In this document: piece by piece, positions 42,505-53,968 of the stretch | Position numbering within the stretch: the first letter of the stretch is position 1 | How the letters are laid out: every line of letters starts with the position of its first letter | From: Candidatus Latescibacterota bacterium | Lineage (GTDB): Bacteria; Latescibacterota; CBDEFO01 | Reading direction: 5' to 3' | Length of the DNA stretch: 64,000 nt | Assembly (NCBI GenBank): GCA_965237525.1 | Contig: CBDEFO010000007.1 | Location: 192,001-256,000, forward strand | The notes under the pieces: model-generated | Database searches by the model: none | What the model was told of the DNA's origin: nothing | The model's input: the letters and a program-made list of their open reading frames with translations, nothing else | Made by a program: the position numbers and the translations under genes

Positions 42505-44112
42505 ATGACTAAAGCTAAGAAATTTCGCCAACTATTACAATCAAAGGACCTTGAATTCATTTGTGAGGTTCACAACGGAATGAGTGCCAAAATTGTTGAG
42601 GAGGCAGGTTTTAAAGCCATATGGGGAAGTGGCCTGACGATGTCCGCAGCAATAGGTGTTCGTGACAGTAATGAAGCCAGCTGGACACAGATTCTGGAAA
42701 TAGTTGAATTCATAAGTGATGCTACGTCGATACCCCTGTTACTAGATGCCGATACGGGTTATGGGAACTTCAACAACGTACGCCGACTGGTAAGAAAGCT
42801 GGAACAACGAGACATTGCTGCTGTATGTATTGAAGATAAACTATTCCCCAAAAAGAACAGCTATATTCAAAGTGAACGCCAGCCTTTAGCCGATATCGAG
42901 GAGTTTTCCGGTAAAATTAAGGCAGCAAAAGATACCCAGAACAATCCGGATTTCTCCGTTATTGCACGTGTTGAAGCTTTCATTGCAGGTTGGGGACTCG
43001 GTGAAGCACTCAGACGTGCGGATGCTTACCATAAAGCAGGTGCAGATGTGATCTTGATTCACAGTAAACTTTCCAGGCCTGATGAGGTCCTGGCTTTTAA
43101 GAAAAAATGGGGTGACAGTTGTCCTGTTGTCATTGTACCCACTACATATTATACGACGCATACGGATGTCTTTCGCCAGGCCGGTTTTAGCGCAGTAATT
43201 TGGGCAATTATGATTTTGCGTAGTGCAATTAAGGCTATGAAAGAAACCGCAACTCAACTAAAGGAAGAAGAATCATTGGTCGATATTGAGGACGATATGG
43301 CATCGGTTGCAGAAGTGTTTCGGTTGCAGGACGCTGACGAACTCGAGATGGCCGAGAAGCTATATCTTCCAGAAGGTGGTGAGGATACTGATTGCGTAAT
43401 CTTGGCCGCTTCTCAAGGTGCTGAACTCGGTGTCTTAACTAAGGATAAGCCAAAAACTTTGCTTGAAATTTCTGGCAGGCCTCTCTTGTATAAACAGGTG
43501 GATATGCTCAATGAGATCGGAATTAAGGACATTACAGTGGTGCGCGGATTTCATAAGGAGAAGATCGATTCGTCCAATCTTCATTATGTCGATAACGATA
43601 ACTACGCCACGACTCAAGAGGTCTTTTCTCTCTTTAAAGGTATTCAAGGTATTGAGGGCAGAACGCTAATTTCATACGGGGATATTCTTTATAAAAAGTA
43701 TGTACCGACCCTCCTACTTGAAACGGAGGGAGATTTTGTACTGGCTGTCGATTCTGACTGGAAGTCCGGCTACAACAAAGATCGTTATACAGATTTTGTT
43801 TCATGTGACTGTCCAGATCAAAAAGAGCTATTTGATCAAAAGGTAATTTTGACTGGTGCGGGTAGCTCTATGCAGGAAGAGAATATTTGTGGTGAGTGGA
43901 TCGGTCTGTTCAAACTATCAGAATATGGTCTATCAGTTCTACAGGAACTTTTAGGTGGTTTGTTTAGGGATAATAGAGTTCATCAGTTGCGAATGACTGA
44001 GTTATTCAACGAACTCATTTCTAGAGATCACGAAATTCGGGTTGTGTATATTCGTGGTCATTGGCTAGATGTAGATGACATTATAGATATCAGTAACGCA
44101 AGCAGGTTTTAA
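42505..44112 (+). CDS. pepM: Phosphoenolpyruvate mutase fused to a C-terminal nucleotidyltransferase domain
   Basis: PepM-diagnostic EDKxxxxxNS ([10 protein letters not shown]), DADTGYG, RDSNEAS; C-terminal ILAASQG...KPK, SYGD. Confidence 0.95.
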   Translation: MTKAKKFRQLLQSKDLEFICEVHNGMSAKIVEEAGFKAIWGSGLTMSAAIGVRDSNEASWTQILEIVEFISDATSIPLLLDADTGYGNFNNVRRLVRKLEQRDIAAVCIEDKLFPKKNSYIQSERQPLADIEEFSGKIKAAKDTQNNPDFSVIARVEAFIAGWGLGEALRRADAYHKAGADVILIHSKLSRPDEVLAFKKKWGDSCPVVIVPTTYYTTHTDVFRQAGFSAVIWAIMILRSAIKAMKETATQLKEEESLVDIEDDMASVAEVFRLQDADELEMAEKLYLPEGGEDTDCVILAASQGAELGVLTKDKPKTLLEISGRPLLYKQVDMLNEIGIKDITVVRGFHKEKIDSSNLHYVDNDNYATTQEVFSLFKGIQGIEGRTLISYGDILYKKYVPTLLLETEGDFVLAVDSDWKSGYNKDRYTDFVSCDCPDQKELFDQKVILTGAGSSMQEENICGEWIGLFKLSEYGLSVLQELLGGLFRDNRVHQLRMTELFNELISRDHEIRVVYIRGHWLDVDDIIDISNASRF

Positions 44113-44129
44113 TAAGATTTGCAGGAATA

Positions 44130-45299
44130 ATGATCCAAGCGGAAGAATTTATAAAGCCAGCTTTGGCGAAAGGCTATAGTTTTTGGACGGGTGTCCCGTG
44201 TTCTTTCTTGACACCCTTCATTAACTATGTAATCCAAAGCTCCGAATTGACTTATGTTGGGAGCAGCAGTGAGGGTGAGGCAGTTGGCATTGCCATAGGT
44301 GCTCACTTGGCGGGACAAAAGACAGTAGTAATTTGTCAGAACTCAGGACTCGGCAATATGGTCAATCCGTTGACCAGTCTGAACTATCCATTTCGCATCC
44401 CAACTTTTCTGATAGTCACTCATCGCGGCGCGTCTGGACTAGAGGACGAACCCCAACACGCCCTTATGGGTTTAATCACCGCGGATATTTTAACTACTTT
44501 GCGAATTCCATGGAAAGTATTCCGTGGTCAAGCCGAAGATATCGAGGGTGTAATCGATGAGGCAGATGAGTACATGACTACGAAAGGCCTTCCATACGCT
44601 TTGATCATGGAAAAGGGAACGGTTGCACCCTATCCGCTCAATGAAAAGATGACTTATAGACCATTTTTAGGAGTTGAACCCAAGGGAGAGTTTATTGTTG
44701 CAGATGATAAAAGGATGCCGCGACGCGATGCGATTAAGATCATCAAAAGTCTTCTTGTTAATGGTGAATTAATGGTTGCTACGACGGGCAAGGTAGGGAG
44801 AGAGTTGTTTGCCCTGGGGCATAGTCCCAATCAGATTTATGTTGTTGGTGGTATGGGATGTGCCTCCGCCATTGGGTTGGGTCTGGGCTTGTGTCAAAAA
44901 GAGCGCAAAGTTGTTGTCCTAGATGGGGACGGCGCAGCTCTGATGAAAATGGGGGTGTTCGCCTCGATAGGCCACTATCATCCGGAAAACTTATTTCATA
45001 TCATTTTGGATAATGAAGCTCACGAGTCTACAGGTGGACAATCAACGGTTTCTGGAAGCATTGATTTTGCTCAAGTCGCATCGGCTTGTACTTACAATGC
45101 GATATTTCGTTGTGACACCGAGGCTGCTTTGAAGGAAATGGTAAAGATTGCTCTTGATATAGAAGGGCCAGCCATGATGCATGTCAAAGTTGCAGTAGGT
45201 TCCGATCCAAATTTGGGGCGTCCGACTTTGACGCCAGTTCAAGTAAAAGAGCAATTAATGAGGCATATTGGTCAATGGTCAAAATTAACAAAGCCGTAA
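44130..45299 (+). CDS. aepY: Phosphonopyruvate decarboxylase (ThDP)
   Basis: TGVPCS, QNSGLGN, DEPQH, DGDGAALM, HESTGGQ; follows pepM. Confidence 0.93.
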   Translation: MIQAEEFIKPALAKGYSFWTGVPCSFLTPFINYVIQSSELTYVGSSSEGEAVGIAIGAHLAGQKTVVICQNSGLGNMVNPLTSLNYPFRIPTFLIVTHRGASGLEDEPQHALMGLITADILTTLRIPWKVFRGQAEDIEGVIDEADEYMTTKGLPYALIMEKGTVAPYPLNEKMTYRPFLGVEPKGEFIVADDKRMPRRDAIKIIKSLLVNGELMVATTGKVGRELFALGHSPNQIYVVGGMGCASAIGLGLGLCQKERKVVVLDGDGAALMKMGVFASIGHYHPENLFHIILDNEAHESTGGQSTVSGSIDFAQVASACTYNAIFRCDTEAALKEMVKIALDIEGPAMMHVKVAVGSDPNLGRPTLTPVQVKEQLMRHIGQWSKLTKP

Positions 45300-46000
45300 T
45301 TGTTGCAGCAGGCACGTCATCACGACTCTACCCATTAAGCCTAAACCTACCCAAGGGCTTACTGGAAATTGCAGGCAAGACGATATTGGGGCGGTCTGTG
45401 CGGCTATTGTCTGAAAATGGTATCAAAGAGATCTTGATCGTCGTAGGGTTCCAGAGGGATATGATCCAAAAGGCTTTGGAACCATTCGCAGCGGACGTTC
45501 CGCGTATCCACTACCAATTTAATCCGTTTTTTGCTGAAACGAACAATATGGGTTCATTATGGTTTGCTAAAGAATGGATAAAAGGAGATTCATTCCTCTA
45601 TCTTTATGGTGACCTTGTTTACGATCCTGAATTGCTGCGTTCATTCATGAGTGGAACTTATGCAGACGCGGCATTGTCAGTAGATTGTGGGTCCACTGAT
45701 GAGGAAGCGATGAAGGTTCGAGTTAAAGATGGACGTTTTATTGAATCGAGTAAGGATATCCCGCTCAATGAAGCATTCGGGGAATGGATAGGAATAGCCA
45801 TATTTAATCGTCCACGTGTATTATTTAATAAGGTAGAAATTCTTTTAGAGCAAAAACACTTCCAAGCTTACGACACATTGGCTTTTACGGAGATGGCTCA
45901 TGAAGGGAACTGTTTTTCCGTAATTCCAACCAATGGGGGTTCTTGGGTCGAAATAGACTTTAGGTCAGACCTGGATCGAGCGAGGAATCTATTTCCATGA
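45275..46000 (+). CDS. LicC/PntC-like cytidylyltransferase
   Basis: AAGTSSRL, PKGLL, TNNMGSL, GDLVY, WVEIDF. Confidence 0.85.
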   Translation: MVKINKAVIVAAGTSSRLYPLSLNLPKGLLEIAGKTILGRSVRLLSENGIKEILIVVGFQRDMIQKALEPFAADVPRIHYQFNPFFAETNNMGSLWFAKEWIKGDSFLYLYGDLVYDPELLRSFMSGTYADAALSVDCGSTDEEAMKVRVKDGRFIESSKDIPLNEAFGEWIGIAIFNRPRVLFNKVEILLEQKHFQAYDTLAFTEMAHEGNCFSVIPTNGGSWVEIDFRSDLDRARNLFP

Positions 46001-47145
46001 TCCAAAGCTACTCAAATCCTGTAAAGATAAAACTTGGGCGTGGTTCATTAAGGGAACTTCCAAAACTTTTGGCAAATCGAACTGCCCTTCTGGTAACAAC
46101 ACCAGGCATGGTAAAAAGAGGTGTTGTTACCAGAGTACAGGAGTTGTGTCGAGCGAAGCCTTTGCACGTTACTGCCGAAGTTACACCTAATCCGACAATT
46201 GCCTCGATCAATAGATGCTTTCGTCAGGTGAAAAACTATAATTATGATGTAATAATTGGCTTGGGTGGAGGAAGCGTACTAGATACAGCAAAGGGAGTTG
46301 CCTCACTCTCCGGCGGTTCTGTGGATCAGAACTGGCTTGATGCCCATTTACGCCATGATAGGGAGAAGCCCAAAGTTCTCAGATCAAACCCGATTATAGC
46401 TATACCAACGACCTCCGGAACCGGTTCAGAAGTGACACAATGGGCAAGTGTCTGGGATGATGTATCAGGGACCAAATATTCACTTTCTGATGAAGGGTTA
46501 TACCCGGAATGGGCCTTGCTTGACTCAGAGTTAACGGATTTATTGCCTTATGAAACTACGCTCTTTACTGCTCTTGATGCATTATCTCAGGCTATGGAAG
46601 CAATTTGGAACAAAAATGCCAATCCAGTTTCTGACGTGTTGGCTACAAAAGCAATTGCTATTTCTATATCTGTTTTGGCTGATGATTTTAAGGAGAAATA
46701 TGCTCGTCAAGAGGTGCGCGAAAAGCTACAACAAGCAAGCCTGTTAACAGGATTAGCCTTTAGCAATACTAAAACTGCCTTGGCACATTCGATCTCTTAT
46801 CCACTTACATCTAAGCTAAAAATACCCCATGGCCTAGCCTGTAGCTTTACTCTACCTCAAATTATGCGAATTAATTACAAACAAGATAAGGAAAGAGTAG
46901 GAATTATTATTCAAGCCCTTGGGTGTTCTTTACTGGATGCAGCAGTAGAAGCACTATACAGAGTATTTGTGAATTTAGGCATAACGGAATATCTTCGGCA
47001 GTTTATTGTACATACATCTGACATGACTACATTAGATGCTGAGTTTATAGCACCAGGACGGGCAGAGAACAACATTACTTATGTCTCACAAAGTGATGCT
47101 ATAGAGATTTTGCGATCAGCATTATCACGCTTAGCAATCAATTGA
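45997..47145 (+). CDS. Iron-containing alcohol dehydrogenase, probable phosphonoacetaldehyde reductase
   Basis: GGGSVLD, PTTSGTGSEVT, DALSQ, AHSISYP, PHG; overlaps the upstream gene in the pepM-ppd operon. Confidence 0.88.
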   Translation: MIQSYSNPVKIKLGRGSLRELPKLLANRTALLVTTPGMVKRGVVTRVQELCRAKPLHVTAEVTPNPTIASINRCFRQVKNYNYDVIIGLGGGSVLDTAKGVASLSGGSVDQNWLDAHLRHDREKPKVLRSNPIIAIPTTSGTGSEVTQWASVWDDVSGTKYSLSDEGLYPEWALLDSELTDLLPYETTLFTALDALSQAMEAIWNKNANPVSDVLATKAIAISISVLADDFKEKYARQEVREKLQQASLLTGLAFSNTKTALAHSISYPLTSKLKIPHGLACSFTLPQIMRINYKQDKERVGIIIQALGCSLLDAAVEALYRVFVNLGITEYLRQFIVHTSDMTTLDAEFIAPGRAENNITYVSQSDAIEILRSALSRLAIN

Positions 47146-47215
47146 AATATTCCTGATGAAATAGGAATAGGCAATTGCACAAAGAAATCCCAGCCTAAGT
47201 GGGGCATTGAAATAG

Positions 47216-48676
47216 ATGGATGAAAGGAGAAACGAAGTCCAGGCTGTGCTTAAGGACTTATATTACGCATTGATAATTGTGAGCCTCTTTTTCGGCCGCC
47301 ACTTCCTAATTGTTAACACGCCGACTAATGCGTTCTACAATGCCCAGACCTTGAAGGAATTTGTTCTTGTTTGTGTCTGCTTTTTCTAGATTGCCGTAAT
47401 CATATCTTTCGTCTTTTCGGCGGCAAGAAGGTTTCTCACAAAGCACTACAGGGAAGATCGTGTTTACTACTTTATATATATCGATACTTCCCTTGTTAGA
47501 TTTTATCGTTTTAATGGTTTTGCCGTATGATGGAGCAAAGTTTATAAATCGTGAATTTACAGGTTTCATATTTCCTTACTTTGCACTTTTCTATATTCCG
47601 GCAACTATTCTAATTTCTTTCAAATATCAAATAGAAAAATATGGAGAGAAAATTATCCGAATAGTTCCAGTTGTTTGTATAGTGATTATATATCATGCGA
47701 TACCTCGGTCATTTAGTAAAAATATCATAGAGAATGAGTTTATTCATTCAGACAAACCTTCTACGCCGATACATTTGCTAATTTTCGATGGGATGTCCCC
47801 TGAGGTTCTCAATGACCCAGATCTAAAGCATCTATTTCCAAATATCAGCTCATTCTTACGTAATAACAGCTTTGTTTTTGAGGATGCATATTCGCCAGGG
47901 GCATGGACAATAAGATCGATACCTAAGTTAATAACAGGTCTACAATATGATGGTCGATATAGCTAGAGGATTTACTCTATCTTATTGCCGAATCGGAAGA
48001 TGACGATTACGAGGATCTGCCAGTAAAAGGTTCACTATTTCAAATCTCAGAGTCATATGGGTACAACAATATTCTGATCGGGGGTTATTTGCCGTATTGC
48101 GATTTATTTGGCAAAGATTTGACTTATGGAATACAGTATTCCAAATATTCAAGATTTTATCAATTGTTGCCTCGCCGATTTACTGATTTTCTCTATATAC
48201 AGTATCTCTACGAAAGAGATGTTTTTCTACAGTCCTTTGACCAATATTTGTTAAAGATCGATTCATGTCCAAAGAATACATTCTTTTTTATTCATTTTCT
48301 CATTCCGCACCAACCTTTAATTTTTGATTCTCAGGGATTTGCACAGATTTATTGGGAAAGAACTCATAGAGGAGAAGGATGGTGTACACCGAAGTTTAGA
48401 GAGAGATATGTGGAGCAGCTCATGTTTGTTGACAAGAAAGTAGGAGAAATACTTGGAAAACTGAAAGCTCACAACCTGTATGACAAGAGCATGATTATTA
48501 TTACTTCAGACCATAACTATCTAGAATATGATAGGCTAAGAATACCTTTATTCATCAAGGTTCCTTTTCAAGAAAGTCAACATGTCGTTAGAGAGAAAGT
48601 CCATATCGTAAATTTTGGAAAGTTTCTATCTTCACTTCTTGAATCAAACGTGGTTCATATACAGAGGTTGCAATAG
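47216..48676 (+). pseudogene. Degraded paralogue of the 31282-32706 sulfatase-like membrane protein
   Basis: Shared FTTLYISILPLLDFI, FEDAYSPGAWT, YDKSMIIITSDHN; several frameshifts/stops. Confidence 0.82.
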
Positions 48677-48750
48677 AAGAGTATCTTTTCAAAGTAGCAA
48701 GGATTTGGCTGAGTCCGCAAATTTCAACCAAAAATAGGGCTTGCCCAATA

Positions 48751-49665
48751 CTAAGCCCTATCTGTGCTTTTCCCTTTTTCAGGAGGACTCTTCTTTCGAG
48801 ACTGGATAGGGCCTTTTTGAGGATATTGACAGAGGTTTTGATAAGACGAGCGATAAGCGACATTGAGGATAAATCTTCGATCCTCTTCTGTGCAAGTCAT
48901 CCTTTTGCCGCCGATTACGTAGAGAAATTCAACGAAGCGATGATTTGCTACGACTGCACCGAAAAGTTTACTGAGTTCGACTTTTGGGTGACCCTTAGAA
49001 AAGAAGTCGAAGAAAAGGACAGTCTTCTGACTCAAAGAGCCCATCAGATCTTTACACAGACCCAACCTCATCTTGTTGAGAAGAGGTCCGATAATCCTAA
49101 TGTATTTTTGATCCCCAACGCCGTTGACTACGATCTTTTCCAAAACTGCCTGGATATGCCAGAGCCATCAGACTTGAAGGGCATCAAGAGACCTATCTTG
49201 GGCTATGTAGGTAGCATCAACTCCCGTTTCGACTTTGAGCTTATAAGAAAGACAGCACAAGTCTATAAAGATTGGTCGCTCGTCTTCATAGGTGATGCCA
49301 GCGACAGTTCGGTAATAAAGTCAGTAGAGGACTTAAGAAATGTTTACTTTTTGGGGGAAAAGCTTTATAATATAGTACCGAGCTATCTGAAGGAGTTTAG
49401 TGTCTGTCTGATGCCCTATATTAACCTTACTTGTTTGGAGAGCCCGACAAAGCTTTTCGATTATCTTGCTTCTGGAAAGCCTGTCGTCTCGACGGATATA
49501 CCGGGCGTTAGGGACTTTGCAGATGTCGTATTCGTATCTAAAACCGAAGATGAGTTTATAACAAACATAGGCTTAGCCGCAGGTGATAATAATCCTTTGT
49601 CAGTCCTGAAGCGAAAAGAGCGCGCAAGAGAAAATTCGTGGGATGTCAGGGAAAACCAGATATAG
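48751..49665 (+). pseudogene. 5'-truncated, prematurely terminated duplicate of the 37194-38399 glycosyltransferase
   Basis: Homology begins abruptly at CTAAGCCCTATCTGTG; TAG at 49663-49665 where the paralogue has TGG. Confidence 0.85.
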
Positions 49666-49715
49666 GACATTATTAAAAAGGAGTTATCTTCAGCACTTTA
49701 CAAGGAGATGACAGG

Positions 49716-50855
49716 GTGTCAAGTTACAGCGTAGTAATGTTTGTTAGCAGCCTATCATCTATAACGACTGGCAGCATGAGATATTCTGTTGAGGTGTATA
49801 AATATCTGAAGCGGAGCGCAGTATCCGTAAGCGTAATCAATTTAGAGGAAATGCCGATCCTCATTAAAAGATGTCCCCTCTTCTTGAACTTGATCCTTAC
49901 CAACTTCTGGTTTATCCGGAGACTCCTGTCGCTGAGATTAGACAGAAACAGCAACGTCATCCTCTTTGAGGATTACCATTTTCATCCGAGGCTCTTTCTG
50001 TTTAATCTTCTTGTAAAGACTTACTTCAAGAAGGCAAGTGTCCTATCTACTGCGCACCATTTGTCCCTATCCCATCATCCTGCTTTGCGATCCAATACAG
50101 CTAAAAAGATAGATGAGTTTATTATCAGGATATTCTTCAAACAATCAGATAAGATATTGGTCAACAGCGATAACACGAAAAACGAAGTGCTGTCGCTCGG
50201 GATTGAGCCGTCTAAGGTTGAGAAGATTTATATCTCTCACGAGGATATGTTCTTAGGGTACGTCAGCCAGAAGCCCGAATGCTCACAGGATGGGAGGCTG
50301 AACCTTCTCTTTGTGGGAAGGTGCCACGCTGATAAGGGGCTCGAATATCTGTTGGAGGCAATTGGGCTGCTCGGAGACGATATTGTGTTGAATATCGTGG
50401 GCGACACCTGTCACGATCCGGAATACTACAAGAAACTAGTTGAGATCGTACGAAAACTCAAAATAGAGGAGAAAATCTTTTTCCACGGATATATCGATAA
50501 GGAGGAACTGAAGCAATTCTGCCAAGGGGCTGACATCTTTGTCCTGCCGTCAGTTGTCGAAGGATTCGGAGCTGTTCTTCTGGAAGTGATGTCTGCCGGT
50601 CTTCCCATAGTCGCTTCAAACGTGGGAGGTATTCCGGAGCTGATTAAAGACGGATACAACGGTGTTCTTGTGCCTCCGAAAGAGGGGTCCTCTCTGGCGA
50701 ACGCTATAAATTCTCTGATACGTTCTCCTTCTTTGAGAAAGCAGTATGGTATGAATGGATACGAATACTTCCGGAACTTTCGGGATCTTCATTCCTGGGA
50801 TAGCACCTGCAAGAAAATACACGACATTCTCAGCACAATGGCTGATGCTGCCTAA
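49716..50855 (+). CDS. GT4 glycosyltransferase, intact duplicate
   Basis: LFVGRCHADKG, LPSVVEGFG...EVMSAG. Confidence 0.88.
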   Translation: MSSYSVVMFVSSLSSITTGSMRYSVEVYKYLKRSAVSVSVINLEEMPILIKRCPLFLNLILTNFWFIRRLLSLRLDRNSNVILFEDYHFHPRLFLFNLLVKTYFKKASVLSTAHHLSLSHHPALRSNTAKKIDEFIIRIFFKQSDKILVNSDNTKNEVLSLGIEPSKVEKIYISHEDMFLGYVSQKPECSQDGRLNLLFVGRCHADKGLEYLLEAIGLLGDDIVLNIVGDTCHDPEYYKKLVEIVRKLKIEEKIFFHGYIDKEELKQFCQGADIFVLPSVVEGFGAVLLEVMSAGLPIVASNVGGIPELIKDGYNGVLVPPKEGSSLANAINSLIRSPSLRKQYGMNGYEYFRNFRDLHSWDSTCKKIHDILSTMADAA

Positions 50856-50924
50856 ATGAGCGTAGACATAGCAAATGATCCTTGAGATAGATAAGTGTGA
50901 AATGTTAGATAGGAGGGACTCCTG

Positions 50925-51746
50925 ATGGAAGAGGACGGGATTCCCGCTTCATTTTATGATTCAGATTATTATTCTAACATGGCTGGTGGGGGATACAGGT
51001 TCTTTTTGGAAACTAAAGGGCAAGGTATAACCACAGAAAGATTGTATTACATCGAACTGGCCCAACTTGAGCCTGGAATGAAGATACTAGATTTAGGCTG
51101 TGGCAGGGCTGAAATTCCAATATATTGTGCACTTCAAAAATCGGTCGATGCCTGGGGAATAGATTATTCTGAAACTGCTATTGAACTTGCAAATAAGGGT
51201 AAAGAAATAATAGATCCTTCTGTGAAAGAGCGAACGCACCTGATCTGTGATGATGCAACGAATCTTGATCGTTTCGATGATTGCACTTTTGACAGGATAT
51301 TCAGTCTCTCTGTGATAGAGCACTTAATGGACCACCAGATTCAAAATCAATTCTCCGGGGCATGTAGGATTCTGAAGGACGATGGAATTTTTATCGTGGG
51401 TACACATCTCAATCTAATCTATCTGAAATACGGTTATCTCTTCACCAGATTATTCAAGAAGGTGATGGGGAGGGATGTTCCTAAAGACTCTATAGAAGAG
51501 GCCAAAAAAGGGGGCGATATCAATCCTCCGAGTCGAGCAACTATCGAGAGATCTTTTGTAGAGGCCGGATTCGTGTGCAAGGCGTGGTATAAACCTCGCG
51601 GTGGTTCGGAGAGTATACCTAACAGCGTATATAGGATAGGGAGAATCCTGGAAGCAATCCCCCTTGTGAGAGATGTATTCGCAACTATGATTGTAGCTGT
51701 GGGTGCAAAGGATAGAACGGTATTGAGGAGATTCTGTAGTAGTTAG
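50925..51746 (+). CDS. Class I SAM-dependent methyltransferase
   Basis: ILDLGCGRAE, GIDYS, FDRIFSLSVIEHL. Confidence 0.88.
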   Translation: MEEDGIPASFYDSDYYSNMAGGGYRFFLETKGQGITTERLYYIELAQLEPGMKILDLGCGRAEIPIYCALQKSVDAWGIDYSETAIELANKGKEIIDPSVKERTHLICDDATNLDRFDDCTFDRIFSLSVIEHLMDHQIQNQFSGACRILKDDGIFIVGTHLNLIYLKYGYLFTRLFKKVMGRDVPKDSIEEAKKGGDINPPSRATIERSFVEAGFVCKAWYKPRGGSESIPNSVYRIGRILEAIPLVRDVFATMIVAVGAKDRTVLRRFCSS

Positions 51747-52449
51747 CATTTTGGCTAATGCGGCTTAAAATGAAGGGCGGACACAGGAATTGATTCTTGA
51801 GCAGATGGAGACAAACTGAGTTTAAAAAGCTATTTGCTTTTTTCCTGTTAGCATTGACTATAAGATTATCTGTATTTCTGCTTTCGAGTGATATGGTAGC
51901 CCCTATTTCTAGGTATGATGACTCAGTTGCGTATCTCCGTATCGCGATTAACTTAGTTTCCAGGTTTGAGTATAGTGCTATACCATCAATTAGGCAAAAC
52001 GATATATGGTTTCCGAAGTCTCATATACCACCATTATATCCATTGTTCTTAGCAGTCGTCTATTGTTTTGCCGGTCAAAATCTAATTATCTTTAAACTAA
52101 TTCAAATTGTTCTGGCATCGTTTCTGCCTGTTATTTCATATCTTATGACGTTGAGAATATTTGCAGATTCAAAAGCCGGTGTTATATGTGCTCTTTTAGT
52201 TTCAACTTATCCTCCTTTTGTTATTGATTGCAAAGCAATACTCACAGAATGGTTATTCACTCTTCTATTGTCCTGTAGTTTACTATTTTTATTAAGAATG
52301 TTAGATTTCTCTGATAAAAAAAACATCATGCTTTCAGGCATCTTTCTAGGTCTTGCTTTTCTGTGTAGACTAGATGCAATTGCTTTTATCCCGGTTTTGA
52401 TTGTCTATTTGTTCATTCTAGGCAAGTTCCTTTCTTTCCCTCGTATTAA

Positions 52450-53968
52450 AAGCCTTGTGAAATAGTTATGTCCCAGGCAGCGTGTGAAGCGCCGATTATG
52501 GGTCAAAGAGTAGCATATCGTATCGTTTTGCTGTGGAATAAGCAAAATAGTCTTATCAGAGTTCTGGTCAGCAAGGAATAGGAGCTGTTTGAAGAACAGG
52601 ATGCACTGTCTTTGACAGACAGGGCACACATAGACGCTTTCCCCCTTCTTATGAAAGATACAAGCCTCTTGAGATTCTGTACTGTTGCAACAAGATTCAA
52701 CTGTTCATTCAGTGAGGCTGGTCCTCTATAACGGGCTCGTCCCATACCGTGTTGTTGCCTGGCTTCAGCAAAGATATGTTCACTGCGTTTACGGAGTCTC
52801 CGGGAGAGTTTGTAGTCAGCTGTTAATGAGATAGACCGCGCATGATTTCTGGCTTTCGCCTCTCGCACTTTTCTATCCCGTTCGGCCTGAATATGTGCTG
52901 GATTTGTCTTGTTTTTCCATGTAGGAATCGGTTCAATCTTCTCATCGGCTCGCAGAGGAATATGGGGTATGATTCCCCGGTCAAGCACATCAGCGATAAA
53001 ATTACCAGAACCGTAACCGGTATCGGCACTAAGTGTCTGAATGTCTTTGGGCATGGTGTATGTTTCAAGGTCATCTACCATCTTAAGGGCACTTTCGGGC
53101 TCTGCTGTCCCTGTCGCCTGCGTGCCCTGAGTCTCAAGGATTACTCTGCTTTTTGTGTCGATCAGATCATGGCCCATAAACGAGAGAAAAGCCCCTTTGC
53201 CCTTCGATTTGCTGTATAAGCGCGCGTCGGGGTCTGTAGTCGAACGGTGTGTTTGGTTCGTCCACTTTTCACCATGAAAGTCTTTATCCTGAGGATGCCC
53301 GGACCTACCCTTTGTCTTATCACCTTCAAAACCGATTCCCTTGAGATAATCATCAAGAGAAACAGGGGGTTCTATCGGCTCAATACTTTTCACTGAAGCA
53401 TCAGCTTGTATCTGAGTGCCGTCGACACTAAGGTGTTTACCGCTCACAAGACCGACATCTATGCAACACTGGACTACCTGACGCATTATCCGTTCAAACA
53501 ACCCACTGGATGCCCACTTGTGATTGCGAAGCTTGTTGATCGTGCTCCTATCCGGAACCGCATCATCAAATGTCTGATGACAAAACAACCGATATGCCGC
53601 ATGCATCCCCACTTCCTGACAGAGCCGATTCTCACTCAAATTATACAGATAGCCAATAAGGATCATTCGAACAACTAATTCAGGATCAATACCGGGTCTG
53701 CCATTGTCAGGGCAATAACAATCTGATACAACGTCTCGTACAAATGAAAAATCAACTGCCTCATCAATCTGACGAAGGATATGATCCTCGGGAACTAAAT
53801 CCTCCATCTGAAAATAGTGAAACATCGGATTTGTCTGTTCCTGCTTTTGTGGGGTCATTGTTTCCTCCATGTATAATATTATCAATAACATAATATAATA
53901 CATCGGAGCTGCTTTATCAATGCTTGTTCTATACTACTTTCTGAATCTAAGGGTTTTTCACAAGGCTT
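52450..53968 (-). mobile_element. IS1182-family element, copy B (1519 bp)
   Basis: Same IRs; 4-bp duplication TTAA. Confidence 0.93.
52503..53903 (-). CDS. IS1182-family transposase
   Basis: Same translated sequence as copy A in the ORF track. Confidence 0.92.
   Translation of the reverse strand: MYYIMLLIILYMEETMTPQKQEQTNPMFHYFQMEDLVPEDHILRQIDEAVDFSFVRDVVSDCYCPDNGRPGIDPELVVRMILIGYLYNLSENRLCQEVGMHAAYRLFCHQTFDDAVPDRSTINKLRNHKWASSGLFERIMRQVVQCCIDVGLVSGKHLSVDGTQIQADASVKSIEPIEPPVSLDDYLKGIGFEGDKTKGRSGHPQDKDFHGEKWTNQTHRSTTDPDARLYSKSKGKGAFLSFMGHDLIDTKSRVILETQGTQATGTAEPESALKMVDDLETYTMPKDIQTLSADTGYGSGNFIADVLDRGIIPHIPLRADEKIEPIPTWKNKTNPAHIQAERDRKVREAKARNHARSISLTADYKLSRRLRKRSEHIFAEARQQHGMGRARYRGPASLNEQLNLVATVQNLKRLVSFIRRGKASMCALSVKDSASCSSNSSYSLLTRTLIRLFCLFHSKTIRYATL

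Noticed and set aside
42505..47145. Phosphonate antibiotic (small-molecule) gene cluster
   Set aside because: No NRPS, ATP-grasp, radical SAM, exporter or resistance genes nearby; cytidylyltransferases and glycan context point to a cell-surface phosphonate.
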